From NCBI GenBank assembly GCA_964571055.1, contig CAZNAL010000001.1:33649-87597 (forward strand): a stretch of DNA of 53,949 nt. Direction: 5' to 3'. Both the position numbers and the translations under genes were made by a program. This document shows positions 8,654 through 17,346 of this stretch, one piece after another (positions within the stretch are counted from its first letter, which is position 1; each line of letters begins with the position of its first letter). The notes beneath the pieces are model-generated. The model was not told the DNA's origin and did not search any database. It saw only the letters and a list, made by a program, of their open reading frames with translations. This DNA is from an uncultured Oscillospiraceae bacterium. Lineage in GTDB: Bacteria > Bacillota > Clostridia > Christensenellales > CAG-138.

Positions 8654-8724
8654 TCCTTTATGAAAATACAAAAACGAGCACCAATAGGTGCCCGTTTTTG
8701 CATTTGGTGCGGCCAATGAGACTT
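8643..8724. repeat. 82-nt nested-palindrome element, copy 2, overlapping the genuine tRNA-Leu 3' end
   Basis: It has the same architecture as copy 1: outer arms 8643-8653 and 8714-8724, inner stem 8664-8682 paired with 8687-8705. The copies are 162 nt apart. Confidence 0.8.
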
Positions 8725-8787
8725 GAACTCATACGGTTGCCCATACGCCCCTCAAACGTACGCGTCTGCCGATTCCGCCATGGCCGC
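8705..8787 (-). tRNA. tRNA-Leu (anticodon GAG), class II with a long variable arm and encoded CCA
   Basis: The reverse complement is GCGGCCA-TG-GCGGAATCGGCAGACGC-G-TACGT-TTGAGGG-GCGTA-TGGGCAACCGT-ATGAG-TTCAAGT-CTCAT-TGGCCGC-ACCA. It has a 7-bp acceptor stem, a 5-bp anticodon stem, a TTGAGGG loop and a TTCAAGT T-loop. Confidence 0.93.
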
Positions 8788-8807
8788 AAACTCAAACTGC
8801 AAGCTCA

Positions 8808-8836
8808 ATTATACAGATTTGACCCTAGCTTGTCAA
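8808..8836 (-). promoter_or_regulatory. Consensus sigma-A promoter for tRNA-Leu
   Basis: On the minus strand: TTGACA (8836-8831), a 17-nt spacer and TATAAT (8813-8808). The tRNA 5' end is 20 nt downstream of the -10 box. Confidence 0.65.
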
Positions 8837-8913
8837 TACAAAAAAAGCGCACATTTTATGCATTCGACATACTATGTAAATATCAATATGTGCGAAAAGG
8901 AGAAGGAAATAAA

Positions 8914-9516
8914 ATGGCAACGCGCATCATAAACCAACCGCCGGGACAGCGCACGAGATTGATTCCCGAACCCACGAAAGTCATCGGCAGCGAGGTACAG
9001 CCGGCATGCGACAGCTTACCGGAAAACGAGACGCCGAATGTGCCCTGTAGCGGTAGTTGTACTAGAAGCGTAGAGTTCTGCGAGACTATGACGCTGCCCT
9101 CGCCGTTCAATACGGACGCAATAAAAACCAACTGTGCAAGGATCGCTTATGACACGTCCTTCCTTGGGTATACGGTGGAGCCGGAGACCGTGCAGGCGCA
9201 GCTTCCCTGCGGCGGCTGCTGCCCTGTGGACGTGTACCGCATCGGCTTGGCGGGCGCCATACCCTATATCATCGATATAGGCCCCGTAAACTCCGGCTGC
9301 GGCGACCCAGTGCGCGTCAACGTTACGGGGAACGTCATGGTAGATGAGGCAATCGGCTATATCTGCGGCGATTCGGAGCCTGAACTCAACGAGCTGGGCT
9401 GCCAAAACGTGACGCCGCATCTGTCCGTGGAAATCGCGGACTGCGGCTGCACGGATAACACCAGCATCACCGTGTACGGCACGTTCAGCTTTTCCAACCT
9501 GCCGACCTGCATGTAA
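8914..9516 (+). CDS. Cysteine-rich hypothetical protein (200 aa, about 16 Cys, no signal peptide)
   Basis: The ATG at 8914 is preceded by AAAAGGAGAAGGA. Cys clusters include CSGSC, CGGCC, CGC and a C-terminal PTCM. The ORF-track start at 8536 would read through the tRNA and the repeats and is rejected. Confidence 0.7.
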   Translation: MATRIINQPPGQRTRLIPEPTKVIGSEVQPACDSLPENETPNVPCSGSCTRSVEFCETMTLPSPFNTDAIKTNCARIAYDTSFLGYTVEPETVQAQLPCGGCCPVDVYRIGLAGAIPYIIDIGPVNSGCGDPVRVNVTGNVMVDEAIGYICGDSEPELNELGCQNVTPHLSVEIADCGCTDNTSITVYGTFSFSNLPTCM

Positions 9517-9523
9517 GCGAGTG

Positions 9524-9551
9524 AAGGGGCTGCCCGCGTGGGCAGCCCCTT
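9524..9551. terminator. Bidirectional intrinsic terminator between the convergent Cys-rich gene and thrS
   Basis: 12-bp GC-rich stem aaggggctgccc/gggcagcccctt with loop gcgt. Confidence 0.7.
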
Positions 9552-9572
9552 TCGATGAAACGATATGATTCT

Positions 9573-11486
9573 TTAATTACCGTTGTTGATCTTGTCGTCG
9601 ATTTCTTTGCAAATACGCTCCGTAAAGCTTTCCAGCGTCATCGTGCCCAAATCGCCCTCGCTGCGCGAGCGGACGGCCACAACGTTGTTTTCGACCTCCT
9701 TATCGCCGATCACGAGCATATAGGGGATCTTCTGCATCTGCGCCTCGCGTATTTTGAAGCCTATCTTCTCGTTGCGCGTATCGGTCTCCACGCGTACCCG
9801 CAGCGCGTCAAGCTTCTTCTCGATCTCCTTGGCCGCGGGAATGTTGCGGTCTGTCAGCGGCAGCACCTTGACCTGTACGGGGGAAAGCCATGTGGGGAAC
9901 TTGCCCGCAAAATGCTCGATCAAAACGCCGATGAAGCGCTCGACGGAGCCGAATACCACGCGGTGGATCATGACGGGACAATGCTTTTCGCCGTCCGCGC
10001 CCACATATTCAAGATCGAACCGGCCGGGGAGCTGATAGTCGAGCTGGATCGTGCCGCATTGCCACGTTCTTCCAAGGGAGTCCTGAATGTGGAAGTCAAG
10101 CTTGGGGCCGTAGAAAGCACCGTCGCCGGGATTGATGACATAGGGCTTATCGATGCTCTCGATGGCGTCGGAGAGCGCCTTGGTGGCGGTATCCCAATCC
10201 TCGACCGAGCCGATATGATCCTCCGGCATGGTGGAAAGCTCGATGGTGTAGGGAAGATCAAAGAGGGAATAGACCTCGTCGAAGAGCTGTGCGATACGCA
10301 CCACCTCGTCCTTGATCTGCTCCGGCGCAAGCAGGATATGTGCGTCGTCCTGCGTGAAGCAGCGCACGCGGAACAAGCCGTGCAGCGCGCCCGAAAGCTC
10401 ATGCCTGTGCACGCGCCCCAGCTCGCCGTAACGGAGGGGAAGCTCTCTGTAGGAATGGGGCTCAAGATCGTAGACCAAGATGCTGCCGGGGCAGTTCATG
10501 GGTTTGATCGCGAAATCCTCCTCGTCGATCACGGTGGTGTACATGTTATCCTTGTAATGCTCCCAATGGCCGGAGGTCTCCCAAAGGCTGCGGCGCATGA
10601 TCTGCGGCGTGGAGATCTCCAGATAATCCCATTTTTTGTGCACGTCATGCCAATAATCGATCAGCGTGTTGCGCAAAACCATGCCCTTGGGAAGGAAGAA
10701 GGGCATGCCGGGCGCTTCGTCGCGCATCGCAAACAGACCCAGCTCACGGCCAAGCTTGCGGTGGTCGCGCTTCTTCGCTTCTTCAAGACGCGTCAAATAC
10801 GCTTCAAGATCGGCTTTCTTTTCGAATGCCGTACCGTAAATGCGCTGCAGCATTTTGTTCTTCTCGTTGCCGCGCCAATAAGCGCCCGCGACGCTCATCA
10901 ACTTCACGTTTTTTACCTTGCCGGTGCTCTCGACGTGAGGGCCCGCGCACAGATCGACAAAATCGCCCTGCTTGTAGAAGCTGATGATGGCGTCCTCGGG
11001 CAGGTCGTTGATAAGCTCTACCTTATACGGCTCCTTGCGCTCGGTCATATAACGAATGGCCTCCGCGCGGGGCAGCTCAAAGCGCTCCAGCGGCAGATCC
11101 TGCTTCTGAATGTTCTCGATCTCCTTTTCGATCTTGGCAAGATCGTCCGGCGTGAACGGCTCGTCGATATCGAAATCGTAGTAGAAGCCGTCCTCGATCG
11201 CGGGGCCGATGGTGACCTTTACGTTGGGGAAAAGCTTTTGTACGGCCTGCGCCATCATATGCGAAGCGGTGTGGCGGTAGGTCCAGCGGCCGTCCGGGTC
11301 GTCAAAGGTAAGAAGGCGCAGCTCATGATCGCCGTGAATGGGGCGAAACGCGTCCGCGCGCTTGCCGTCGATCATCGCGCCGAGCGTGGCCTTGCGAAGG
11401 CGGGGGCTGATGGATTCGGCAATATCAAGGGCGGTCATGCCGTCCTGATAGTCATGGACCGAGCCGTCCGGTAGTTTGATGTGCAT
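9573..11486 (-). CDS. thrS: Threonine--tRNA ligase
   Basis: The N-terminus is a TGS domain (MHIKLPDGSVHDYQDGMTALDIAESI). The class II motifs HRHELSGALHGLFRVRCFTQDDAHI are present. The ATG at 11486 has GGGAGG upstream, and a T-box leader precedes the gene. Confidence 0.97.
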   Translation of the reverse strand: MHIKLPDGSVHDYQDGMTALDIAESISPRLRKATLGAMIDGKRADAFRPIHGDHELRLLTFDDPDGRWTYRHTASHMMAQAVQKLFPNVKVTIGPAIEDGFYYDFDIDEPFTPDDLAKIEKEIENIQKQDLPLERFELPRAEAIRYMTERKEPYKVELINDLPEDAIISFYKQGDFVDLCAGPHVESTGKVKNVKLMSVAGAYWRGNEKNKMLQRIYGTAFEKKADLEAYLTRLEEAKKRDHRKLGRELGLFAMRDEAPGMPFFLPKGMVLRNTLIDYWHDVHKKWDYLEISTPQIMRRSLWETSGHWEHYKDNMYTTVIDEEDFAIKPMNCPGSILVYDLEPHSYRELPLRYGELGRVHRHELSGALHGLFRVRCFTQDDAHILLAPEQIKDEVVRIAQLFDEVYSLFDLPYTIELSTMPEDHIGSVEDWDTATKALSDAIESIDKPYVINPGDGAFYGPKLDFHIQDSLGRTWQCGTIQLDYQLPGRFDLEYVGADGEKHCPVMIHRVVFGSVERFIGVLIEHFAGKFPTWLSPVQVKVLPLTDRNIPAAKEIEKKLDALRVRVETDTRNEKIGFKIREAQMQKIPYMLVIGDKEVENNVVAVRSRSEGDLGTMTLESFTERICKEIDDKINNGN

Positions 11487-11519
11487 ATTGATGTCCTCCC
11501 TCATTTCAGTAAAATACGG

Positions 11520-11670
11520 TATAAAAAACGTCCCTAGCTTTATGCTAGGGACGAACAAATGCATTGTCCGCGGTTCCACCCTATTTGGAAAAACCCACTC
11601 ACAAGGCGGTAACGCGCCTTAGGCGAACATGGTCGAGGGGCGGTACTCCCTGTCATCCCATGTTGATCAC
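11520..11670 (-). promoter_or_regulatory. T-box riboswitch leader of thrS (Thr specifier ACC)
   Basis: All on the minus strand. An AGTA box is present. The specifier loop reads cgACCa, with ACC at 11633-11631. The T-box sequence AAATAGGGTGGAACCGCG lies at 11586-11569. The terminator is GTCCCTAGC-ataaa-GCTAGGGAC followed by GTTTTTTAT (11552-11523). Confidence 0.9.
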
Positions 11671-11675
11671 ACGTT

Positions 11676-11705
11676 ATTATAGCCGTCGCCATATCGGTTT
11701 GTCAA
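11676..11705 (-). promoter_or_regulatory. Sigma-A promoter for the thrS leader
   Basis: On the minus strand: TTGACA (11705-11700), an 18-nt spacer and TATAAT (11681-11676). Confidence 0.65.
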
Positions 11706-11826
11706 CGATTTTTACAAGGATTACCGCTTGTGTTGCTTTTTCCGCCTGTCCATACTAAGCACGGCTAGACGCATGGCTGCATATCTTGCAGCAGAGCAGA
11801 AAATGAGAGGAAGAGGACGGCATTCT

Positions 11827-12564
11827 ATGTTGAATCGGGTCTGCGCCGTGCGTACCCAACAATACGAAGCGGACGTCGGAAAGCTTATGTATAGGCGTCT
11901 TGTATCGGAGCAGATCGAAGATCGGATTCTCTTTGCCGATAGCGACCGGGTGGAAATACGGCTGACCAAGCGCGCAAATATGGAGGGCTGGATTTCAGCC
12001 GTCAGCGGGCTGCTGCTATACGATTTGTCGCATTGGGAGCTTGCGATGCGCGTGGACGCGCTGCCGCTGAAGCTTCGGGAGAAACAATGGATACTGCCAA
12101 AGGCCGTCAAGCTTTCCCGCGCGGTGGAAAAATGCAATATCGAGAGCGCGCTTACGTCTTTTTTTTCGGAAAAGGACGAACTGAATTTGGAAGGCTTTGT
12201 GCGCTTTCGCATGCAAAACGTGCAGCTTGCGTGGGACGCCTGTGTGCGCCAGGCGGCGGAGGAGCTGCTGCTGGAAATGGAATACCGAAAGCTGATCGGC
12301 ATCCTGACTGCCTTTGTGCGGATACAAAAGCCGCAAATCGACTGCGTTTACATCATATTGAACCCGGACGGAAGCTGCACGCTGACGGATGATATGGATA
12401 TGCGCGTCCGCTATGCCCATGATATGGGGGACGGCGTTGTGAGCCTGCTTGTCGGTTTAGCGCCGGAGCGCATCACGGTATACGATCTTTCGGGCGGGAG
12501 AAGCGATATGCTTACGGACATTTTGCTGCGTGTATTTGAGGACAGGGTGAAATACTTCAAGTAA
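11827..12564 (+). CDS. ytxC: YtxC-like putative sporulation protein
   Basis: The size, the neighbourhood to thrS (ytxC is thrS-linked in Bacillus) and the central LEGFVRFRMQNV...IGILTAFVRIQKP region fit my recollection of the YtxC-like family. The start is uncertain: 11827 has AGGAAGAGGA upstream, and the ORF-track start at 11728 overlaps the thrS promoter region. Confidence 0.5.
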   Translation: MLNRVCAVRTQQYEADVGKLMYRRLVSEQIEDRILFADSDRVEIRLTKRANMEGWISAVSGLLLYDLSHWELAMRVDALPLKLREKQWILPKAVKLSRAVEKCNIESALTSFFSEKDELNLEGFVRFRMQNVQLAWDACVRQAAEELLLEMEYRKLIGILTAFVRIQKPQIDCVYIILNPDGSCTLTDDMDMRVRYAHDMGDGVVSLLVGLAPERITVYDLSGGRSDMLTDILLRVFEDRVKYFK

Positions 12565-12590
12565 GCGCGCTGATGTGCTATAATAGGCGC

Positions 12591-14405
12591 ATGAACGATG
12601 CGTTGCAGGAAAAAATCAAGCTGCTGCCCGATAAGCCCGGCGTGTACCGTATGTATAACGCCAACGGGGAGATCATATACGTCGGCAAGGCCGTCAATTT
12701 AAAGAACCGTGTCAGCCAGTATTTTCATAAGCAGACGAATCCCAAGGTCGCCGCTATGGTGTCCCACATCGCGGATTTCAGCTATATCATCACTTCCAAT
12801 GAGATGGAAGCGCTGACGCTGGAAAGCAATCTGATCAAAGAAAACAAACCGCGCTACAACATCATGCTCAAGGATGACAAGCATTTTCCGTATGTGCGTC
12901 TTGACATGAAAAAGCCCTTTCCGCGCTTTGAGGTGGTGCGGCGCGTAAAGAAGGACGGCGCGCGCTATTTCGGTCCTTATCTCAGCGCGATCACGCTGCG
13001 CGACGCGCTGACGGCCATACGCGATCTTTTCCCGGTGCGGCATTGCAAAAAGGATATCCAAAAGGCGATCGACAGGCGGGAGCGTCCCTGCTTGATGTAC
13101 CATTTGGGAAAATGCTGCGCGCCGTGTTCGGGCAACGTTTCGCAGGAGGAATACCGCGCGCTGCTGGAGAGCGTATGCAGTTTTCTTGAGGGGCACACGA
13201 AGCCCGTCACGGAATTGCTGGCCGCGCAGATGCAAAAGGCGTCCGACGCGCTGGATTTTGAGAAGGCCGCGCAGCTGCGTGACCGCATACACGCGATAGA
13301 AGGCTTGGGCGAGAAGCAGCGCGCTATTCTGACGAACGTTGCGGAAAGCGACGTGCTCGCGTTCGCGCGCGACGATATGGACGCGATCGTATTCGTGCTG
13401 TTTGTTCGCGGCGGAAAGGTGATCGGTTCTACGCAAATGGGCATGCGCTGCACGGATGAAAGCCCGGGGGAGGTCATGGCATCCTTCCTAAAGCAGTACT
13501 ACGCGGATTCCGGCACGATCCCAAGGGAAATCATCTTTCACGAGCCGCCTGATGAAATGCAATCGATAGGGCGTTGGTTAAGCGAGCAGAAGGGGCGCAA
13601 GGTGGAGCTTATCTGCCCTCAGCGTGGGCCCAAGCGCGCCCAAGCGGAGATGGCATACAAAAACGGTATGGACGCGATCTACAAGGCGCGGGAGCTTGAG
13701 CACAGGGCATGGGAGCGCGGCGAGGGCGCGATGCTGCGCCTGTGCGAGCTGCTGGGTATCGACGTGCTGCCGGAGCGCATGGAATGCTACGATAACTCGC
13801 ACATGCAGGGGCGGGATACGGTGGGCGCCATGGTGGTGTTTACGCAGGGCAAGCCGGACAACAAGGCGTACCGGCGCTTTCGGATCAAGGCGGAAACGGA
13901 GGGCGACGACTATCTTGCGATGCGAGAGGTGCTCACGCGCCGTTTTGAGCGCGCGGCCGCCGGGGATGAAAAATGGACGCAGCTTCCCGACCTTTTGGTG
14001 GTGGACGGCGGCTTAGGGCAGCTGCACGTCGCGCAGGAGGTGCTTGCACAGTTCGGTTTGGATATTCCGGCCATCGGATTAGCCGAAAAGCACGAGATCA
14101 TCATCCTGCCCGACGGCGGCGAGCTCGTGCTGGACGCGCATGACGGCGCGCTGCACCTCTTGGAGCGTATCCGGGACGAAGCGCACCGCTTTGCCATCAC
14201 CTATCACAGGAGCCTTCGCGCGAAATCCGCCCTGTTTTCCGTTCTTGATGAGATCGAAGGGGTGGGGGATAAGCGCAAGCGCGCTCTCTTTGACGCGTTT
14301 ATCACATTGGACGCGATCAAGTCGGCGGATGTGGATACGCTTGCCGCCGTGTCCGGTATGAACAAAACCGTCGCGCAGACCGTATACAATTACTTTCATC
14401 CATGA
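12591..14405 (+). CDS. uvrC: Excinuclease ABC subunit C
   Basis: GIY-YIG motif GVYRMYNANGEIIYVGKAVNLKNRVSQYF, a UVR domain, an Endo V-like domain and a C-terminal (HhH)2. Confidence 0.95.
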   Translation: MNDALQEKIKLLPDKPGVYRMYNANGEIIYVGKAVNLKNRVSQYFHKQTNPKVAAMVSHIADFSYIITSNEMEALTLESNLIKENKPRYNIMLKDDKHFPYVRLDMKKPFPRFEVVRRVKKDGARYFGPYLSAITLRDALTAIRDLFPVRHCKKDIQKAIDRRERPCLMYHLGKCCAPCSGNVSQEEYRALLESVCSFLEGHTKPVTELLAAQMQKASDALDFEKAAQLRDRIHAIEGLGEKQRAILTNVAESDVLAFARDDMDAIVFVLFVRGGKVIGSTQMGMRCTDESPGEVMASFLKQYYADSGTIPREIIFHEPPDEMQSIGRWLSEQKGRKVELICPQRGPKRAQAEMAYKNGMDAIYKARELEHRAWERGEGAMLRLCELLGIDVLPERMECYDNSHMQGRDTVGAMVVFTQGKPDNKAYRRFRIKAETEGDDYLAMREVLTRRFERAAAGDEKWTQLPDLLVVDGGLGQLHVAQEVLAQFGLDIPAIGLAEKHEIIILPDGGELVLDAHDGALHLLERIRDEAHRFAITYHRSLRAKSALFSVLDEIEGVGDKRKRALFDAFITLDAIKSADVDTLAAVSGMNKTVAQTVYNYFHP

Positions 14406-14418
14406 TACAATAACGCAC

Positions 14419-15219
14419 ATGATTAAATTATTTGTTACCGATATTGACAACACCCTGACGGAACAGGCTTTTACGGTGCCGCAGCCGAATTTGGACGCGA
14501 TAGAGCGGGCGAAGCGCGCGGGCGTTTATGTGACCGTTGCGACAGGACGGGGTTATTTGGGCGCGTCGTCGATCATCGATCTGATCAAGCCCAACTGCCC
14601 GGTCATATGTTACGGCGGCGCCGTGATCGCGGATGCGGACACGGCAAAGCCCGTATTCGTTTCGGAGATCGATAACGAGCTTGTGCAGGAAGCGCTTTCC
14701 CTTGCGGACGAAATGGGGATTCACGCGCACATCTATCAGGGGGACACCATCGTGTCCGAGACGGACGACTTTTATACGCGCAGGTATGTGCAAAGATTGA
14801 ACTTGCCCGTGCAAATCGATTCCATGCTTCGAAAAAAGGTTTGGCACGATGTGCCGAAGGTGCTTTGGATCACATCCGAGGAGAAAGCTGCCCGCGTCAT
14901 ACCCGTGGTGCGGGAGCGCTTTGCGGGAAGGCTCAAGGTTTCCGGCTCCAGCCCCGGCTTTGTGGAGTTCAACCGGCTGGGCGTAGATAAGGGGACTGGC
15001 GTGGAGCATCTTGCGCGGCATCTGGGCGTACAGCGGGACGAGGTCGCGGTTGCGGGCGATAACACGCTGGATCTTGAAATGATCGCGTGGGCGGGCTTGG
15101 GGGCCGCCGTCGGCGACGGCAAGGCTTCCGTGAAGGAGATCGCGGACGTGATTACGCCCAGTTGCGCCGATTGCGGCGTGGCTTGGCTCATTGACGAATA
15201 CATCCTGAAGGGAAGATAG
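14419..15219 (+). CDS. Cof-type HAD-IIB family hydrolase
   Basis: The N-terminal DxD motif is FVTDIDNTL and the C-terminal motif is GDNTLDLEMI. The length of about 266 aa fits. Confidence 0.9.
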   Translation: MIKLFVTDIDNTLTEQAFTVPQPNLDAIERAKRAGVYVTVATGRGYLGASSIIDLIKPNCPVICYGGAVIADADTAKPVFVSEIDNELVQEALSLADEMGIHAHIYQGDTIVSETDDFYTRRYVQRLNLPVQIDSMLRKKVWHDVPKVLWITSEEKAARVIPVVRERFAGRLKVSGSSPGFVEFNRLGVDKGTGVEHLARHLGVQRDEVAVAGDNTLDLEMIAWAGLGAAVGDGKASVKEIADVITPSCADCGVAWLIDEYILKGR

Positions 15220-15221
15220 GC

Positions 15222-16115
15222 ATGCAGAGCGTTACCATCACGACAAAGGAGCTTGCCGAGGAGCTGGGGCTTGCGATCTTGGCGGAAGGGCGCGGCGTCA
15301 TGGAGCTGCGGCATTCCGAGATGAACAGGCCGGGACTGCAATTTACAGGCTATTATGTAGAATTCGCGGAGCGGCGCGTGCAGCTGGTGGGCAATGCGGA
15401 GGTGCATTATCTGTATGACTTGGATGACGAGGCGTTACGCGTTTGCGCAGACCGCTTTCTATCCTCCGGCATACCCTGCGTGGTGTTCGCCCGCGATAAG
15501 AAGCCGCCGCGGCTGTTTTTAGAGGCTGCCGAACGGCATGCCGTGCCCGTGTTCTGCTCCTCTCTCAAAACAGGCGAGATCGGCGATCATATCACGCGTT
15601 TTCTGCAATACAGGCTTGCGCCCTGCATTCATCTGCACGGCGAGCTTTTGGATGTGTTTGGCGTAGGCGTTCTTCTGCGAGGGCCGAGCGGTATAGGCAA
15701 AAGCGAGACGGCGCTGGAGATGGTCAAAGGCGGGCATAGCCTTGTGGCGGACGATGTGGTGGAAATCAGGCGTATCGCGGATACGCTGCTGGGTTCCGCG
15801 CCCGCCGCGACGCGCAATTTGATCGAGGTGCGCGGCGTTGGCATCATGGACGTGCGGTATCTTTACGGCGTAGGCGCGACCCAGCCGGAAAAGAACATCG
15901 ATATGATCGTGGATCTAGAACTGTGGAACGAGCAGACGGTTTATGAGCGCACGGGCGCGGAGGATCACTTGGAGGAGATTCTTGGCATAGCGCTTCCCGC
16001 AACGCTTCTGCCCGTAAGCCCGGGCAGGAACCTTGCTTCCGTCATCGGCGTGGCGGCGCGCAGCTTCCGGCTCAAACGAATGGGGTATCGTGCGAGCACA
16101 CTGTTTCAGGCGTGA
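15222..16115 (+). CDS. hprK: HPr kinase/phosphorylase
   Basis: P-loop and signature HGELLDVFGVGVLLRGPSGIGKSETALEMVKGGHSLVADD. Confidence 0.95.
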   Translation: MQSVTITTKELAEELGLAILAEGRGVMELRHSEMNRPGLQFTGYYVEFAERRVQLVGNAEVHYLYDLDDEALRVCADRFLSSGIPCVVFARDKKPPRLFLEAAERHAVPVFCSSLKTGEIGDHITRFLQYRLAPCIHLHGELLDVFGVGVLLRGPSGIGKSETALEMVKGGHSLVADDVVEIRRIADTLLGSAPAATRNLIEVRGVGIMDVRYLYGVGATQPEKNIDMIVDLELWNEQTVYERTGAEDHLEEILGIALPATLLPVSPGRNLASVIGVAARSFRLKRMGYRASTLFQA

Positions 16116-16118
16116 ACG

Positions 16119-17318
16119 CTATGTCTTTTTTCTTTTGATGTCGCATTGCAGGATGGAGCCATACTGTATCGCGTCCTTACCAAAGCGTTCCCGTATGGTG
16201 TCGAGCGTCGCGTCAAGCTTTTGTGCGCGGCGCTTTTTTTCGTCGTCCACAAGAAAGCTGATCTGATCGCCGCAATGCCCGGAAAGCGAGGATATTCCTA
16301 CGCCGAGCATGCGGATGGGCGCGTTGAGCTCCCAATGGTCGCAAAGGAGCGCAAACGCTGTTGTAAATACGTCCGATGTGATGTTGGTGGGCTCCCGCAG
16401 GCGTTTTTGGCGCGTGATGGAATGCAGCATCGGGTCTTTGATCGTGATGTGCACCACGGAGCCGTACAGGCGCTGCCTGCGCAGACGCGTACAGACCTGA
16501 TCGCTTAGCATCAGCAGCCCTGTGCGCAGATCGTCCGCGCCCTTCAGGTCGCGCGGGAAGGTGATCTCGTTGCTGACGCTCTTTACAGGCTCTGCCTCGC
16601 CGATGCGGCGCACAGGGGACGCGTCCAAGCCGTTCGCGCATTCCCAGAGGCTTTCGCCCATTTTGCCAAGCATGCGCTGAAGCCGCGCTTTATCGGCGTT
16701 GGCGATTTGGCCAATGGTTGTGATGCCGTGCTTTTGCAGCGCGCTTTCAGCCGCTTTTCCCACAAAAAGCATGTCCTTCGTGGGAAGCGGCCACACGATT
16801 TCCTTAAAATTGTCGCGAAGGATCACGGTCGTAGCGTCGGGTTTTTTATAATCGGAGCCAAGCTTGGCGAAGGATTTGTTAAAGGATACGCCTACGGATA
16901 TGGTAAGGCCGATCTCCTCGCGGAGCCTTTTGCGCAGCGTATCCGCGATTGTTTTTCCGTCGCCGAAAAGATGCGTGCTGCCCGTTACGTCCAGCCAGCT
17001 TTCATCTACGCTGAACGCCTCCACCTGATCGGTATACTGGGCATAGATGGCGTTGATCTTCTTACAGTATTCCGTATAGCGTCCGTGCTGCGGCTGCACG
17101 ACGACAAGGCGCGGGCATTTTCGCTTTGCCTGCCAAATCGGTTCCGCCGTTTGCACGCCGCAGGCCTTGGCCAGCTCGTTTTTCGCAAGCACGATGCCAT
17201 GCCGCATTTCAGGATCGCCGCATACGGCCATGGGCACGCTTTTAAGCTCCGGCCGAAACAGGCATTCGACCGAAGCGAAGTATGCGTTGCAGTCACAATG
17301 CAGTATGGTGCGGTCCAT
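16119..17318 (-). CDS. dinB: DNA polymerase IV (Y-family)
   Basis: ILHCDCNAYFASVE and SVDESWLDVTG motifs. It converges on hprK with only a 3-nt gap. Confidence 0.93.
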   Translation of the reverse strand: MDRTILHCDCNAYFASVECLFRPELKSVPMAVCGDPEMRHGIVLAKNELAKACGVQTAEPIWQAKRKCPRLVVVQPQHGRYTEYCKKINAIYAQYTDQVEAFSVDESWLDVTGSTHLFGDGKTIADTLRKRLREEIGLTISVGVSFNKSFAKLGSDYKKPDATTVILRDNFKEIVWPLPTKDMLFVGKAAESALQKHGITTIGQIANADKARLQRMLGKMGESLWECANGLDASPVRRIGEAEPVKSVSNEITFPRDLKGADDLRTGLLMLSDQVCTRLRRQRLYGSVVHITIKDPMLHSITRQKRLREPTNITSDVFTTAFALLCDHWELNAPIRMLGVGISSLSGHCGDQISFLVDDEKKRRAQKLDATLDTIRERFGKDAIQYGSILQCDIKRKKT

Positions 17319-17346
17319 ATCGGCGTCCTACAGCGCTATGCGCGCG

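Noticed and set aside
8481-8724. A possible CRISPR-like or mobile-element signature: repeat, spacer, repeat next to a tRNA.
   Set aside because: There are only two copies, the repeats are 82-nt palindromes that include a terminator, and no cas genes are present. No integrase, transposase or recombinase gene occurs anywhere in the window. I therefore do not call it a CRISPR array or an intact mobile element, and it is reported only as an unexplained repeat.
8536-8913. The N-terminal 126 aa of the 326-aa ORF-track entry 8536-9516, which contains a repeated LVRPMRL motif.
   Set aside because: This part runs through the reverse complement of tRNA-Leu, its promoter and both palindromic repeat copies. 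The repeated peptide motif is only the translated tRNA 3' end. The SD-supported start is the ATG at 8914.
9555-11474. A 639-aa uninterrupted ORF on the plus strand exactly antisense to thrS. It is tempting in the light of sense/antisense aminoacyl-tRNA synthetase hypotheses.
   Set aside because: Its codons are in register with the thrS codons (9573-9555 = 18). A stop would therefore require TTA, CTA or TCA codons in thrS, and these are avoided in this GC-rich genome. It has no SD or promoter, and its composition is low-complexity and rich in Arg, Ala and Leu. It is a shadow ORF.
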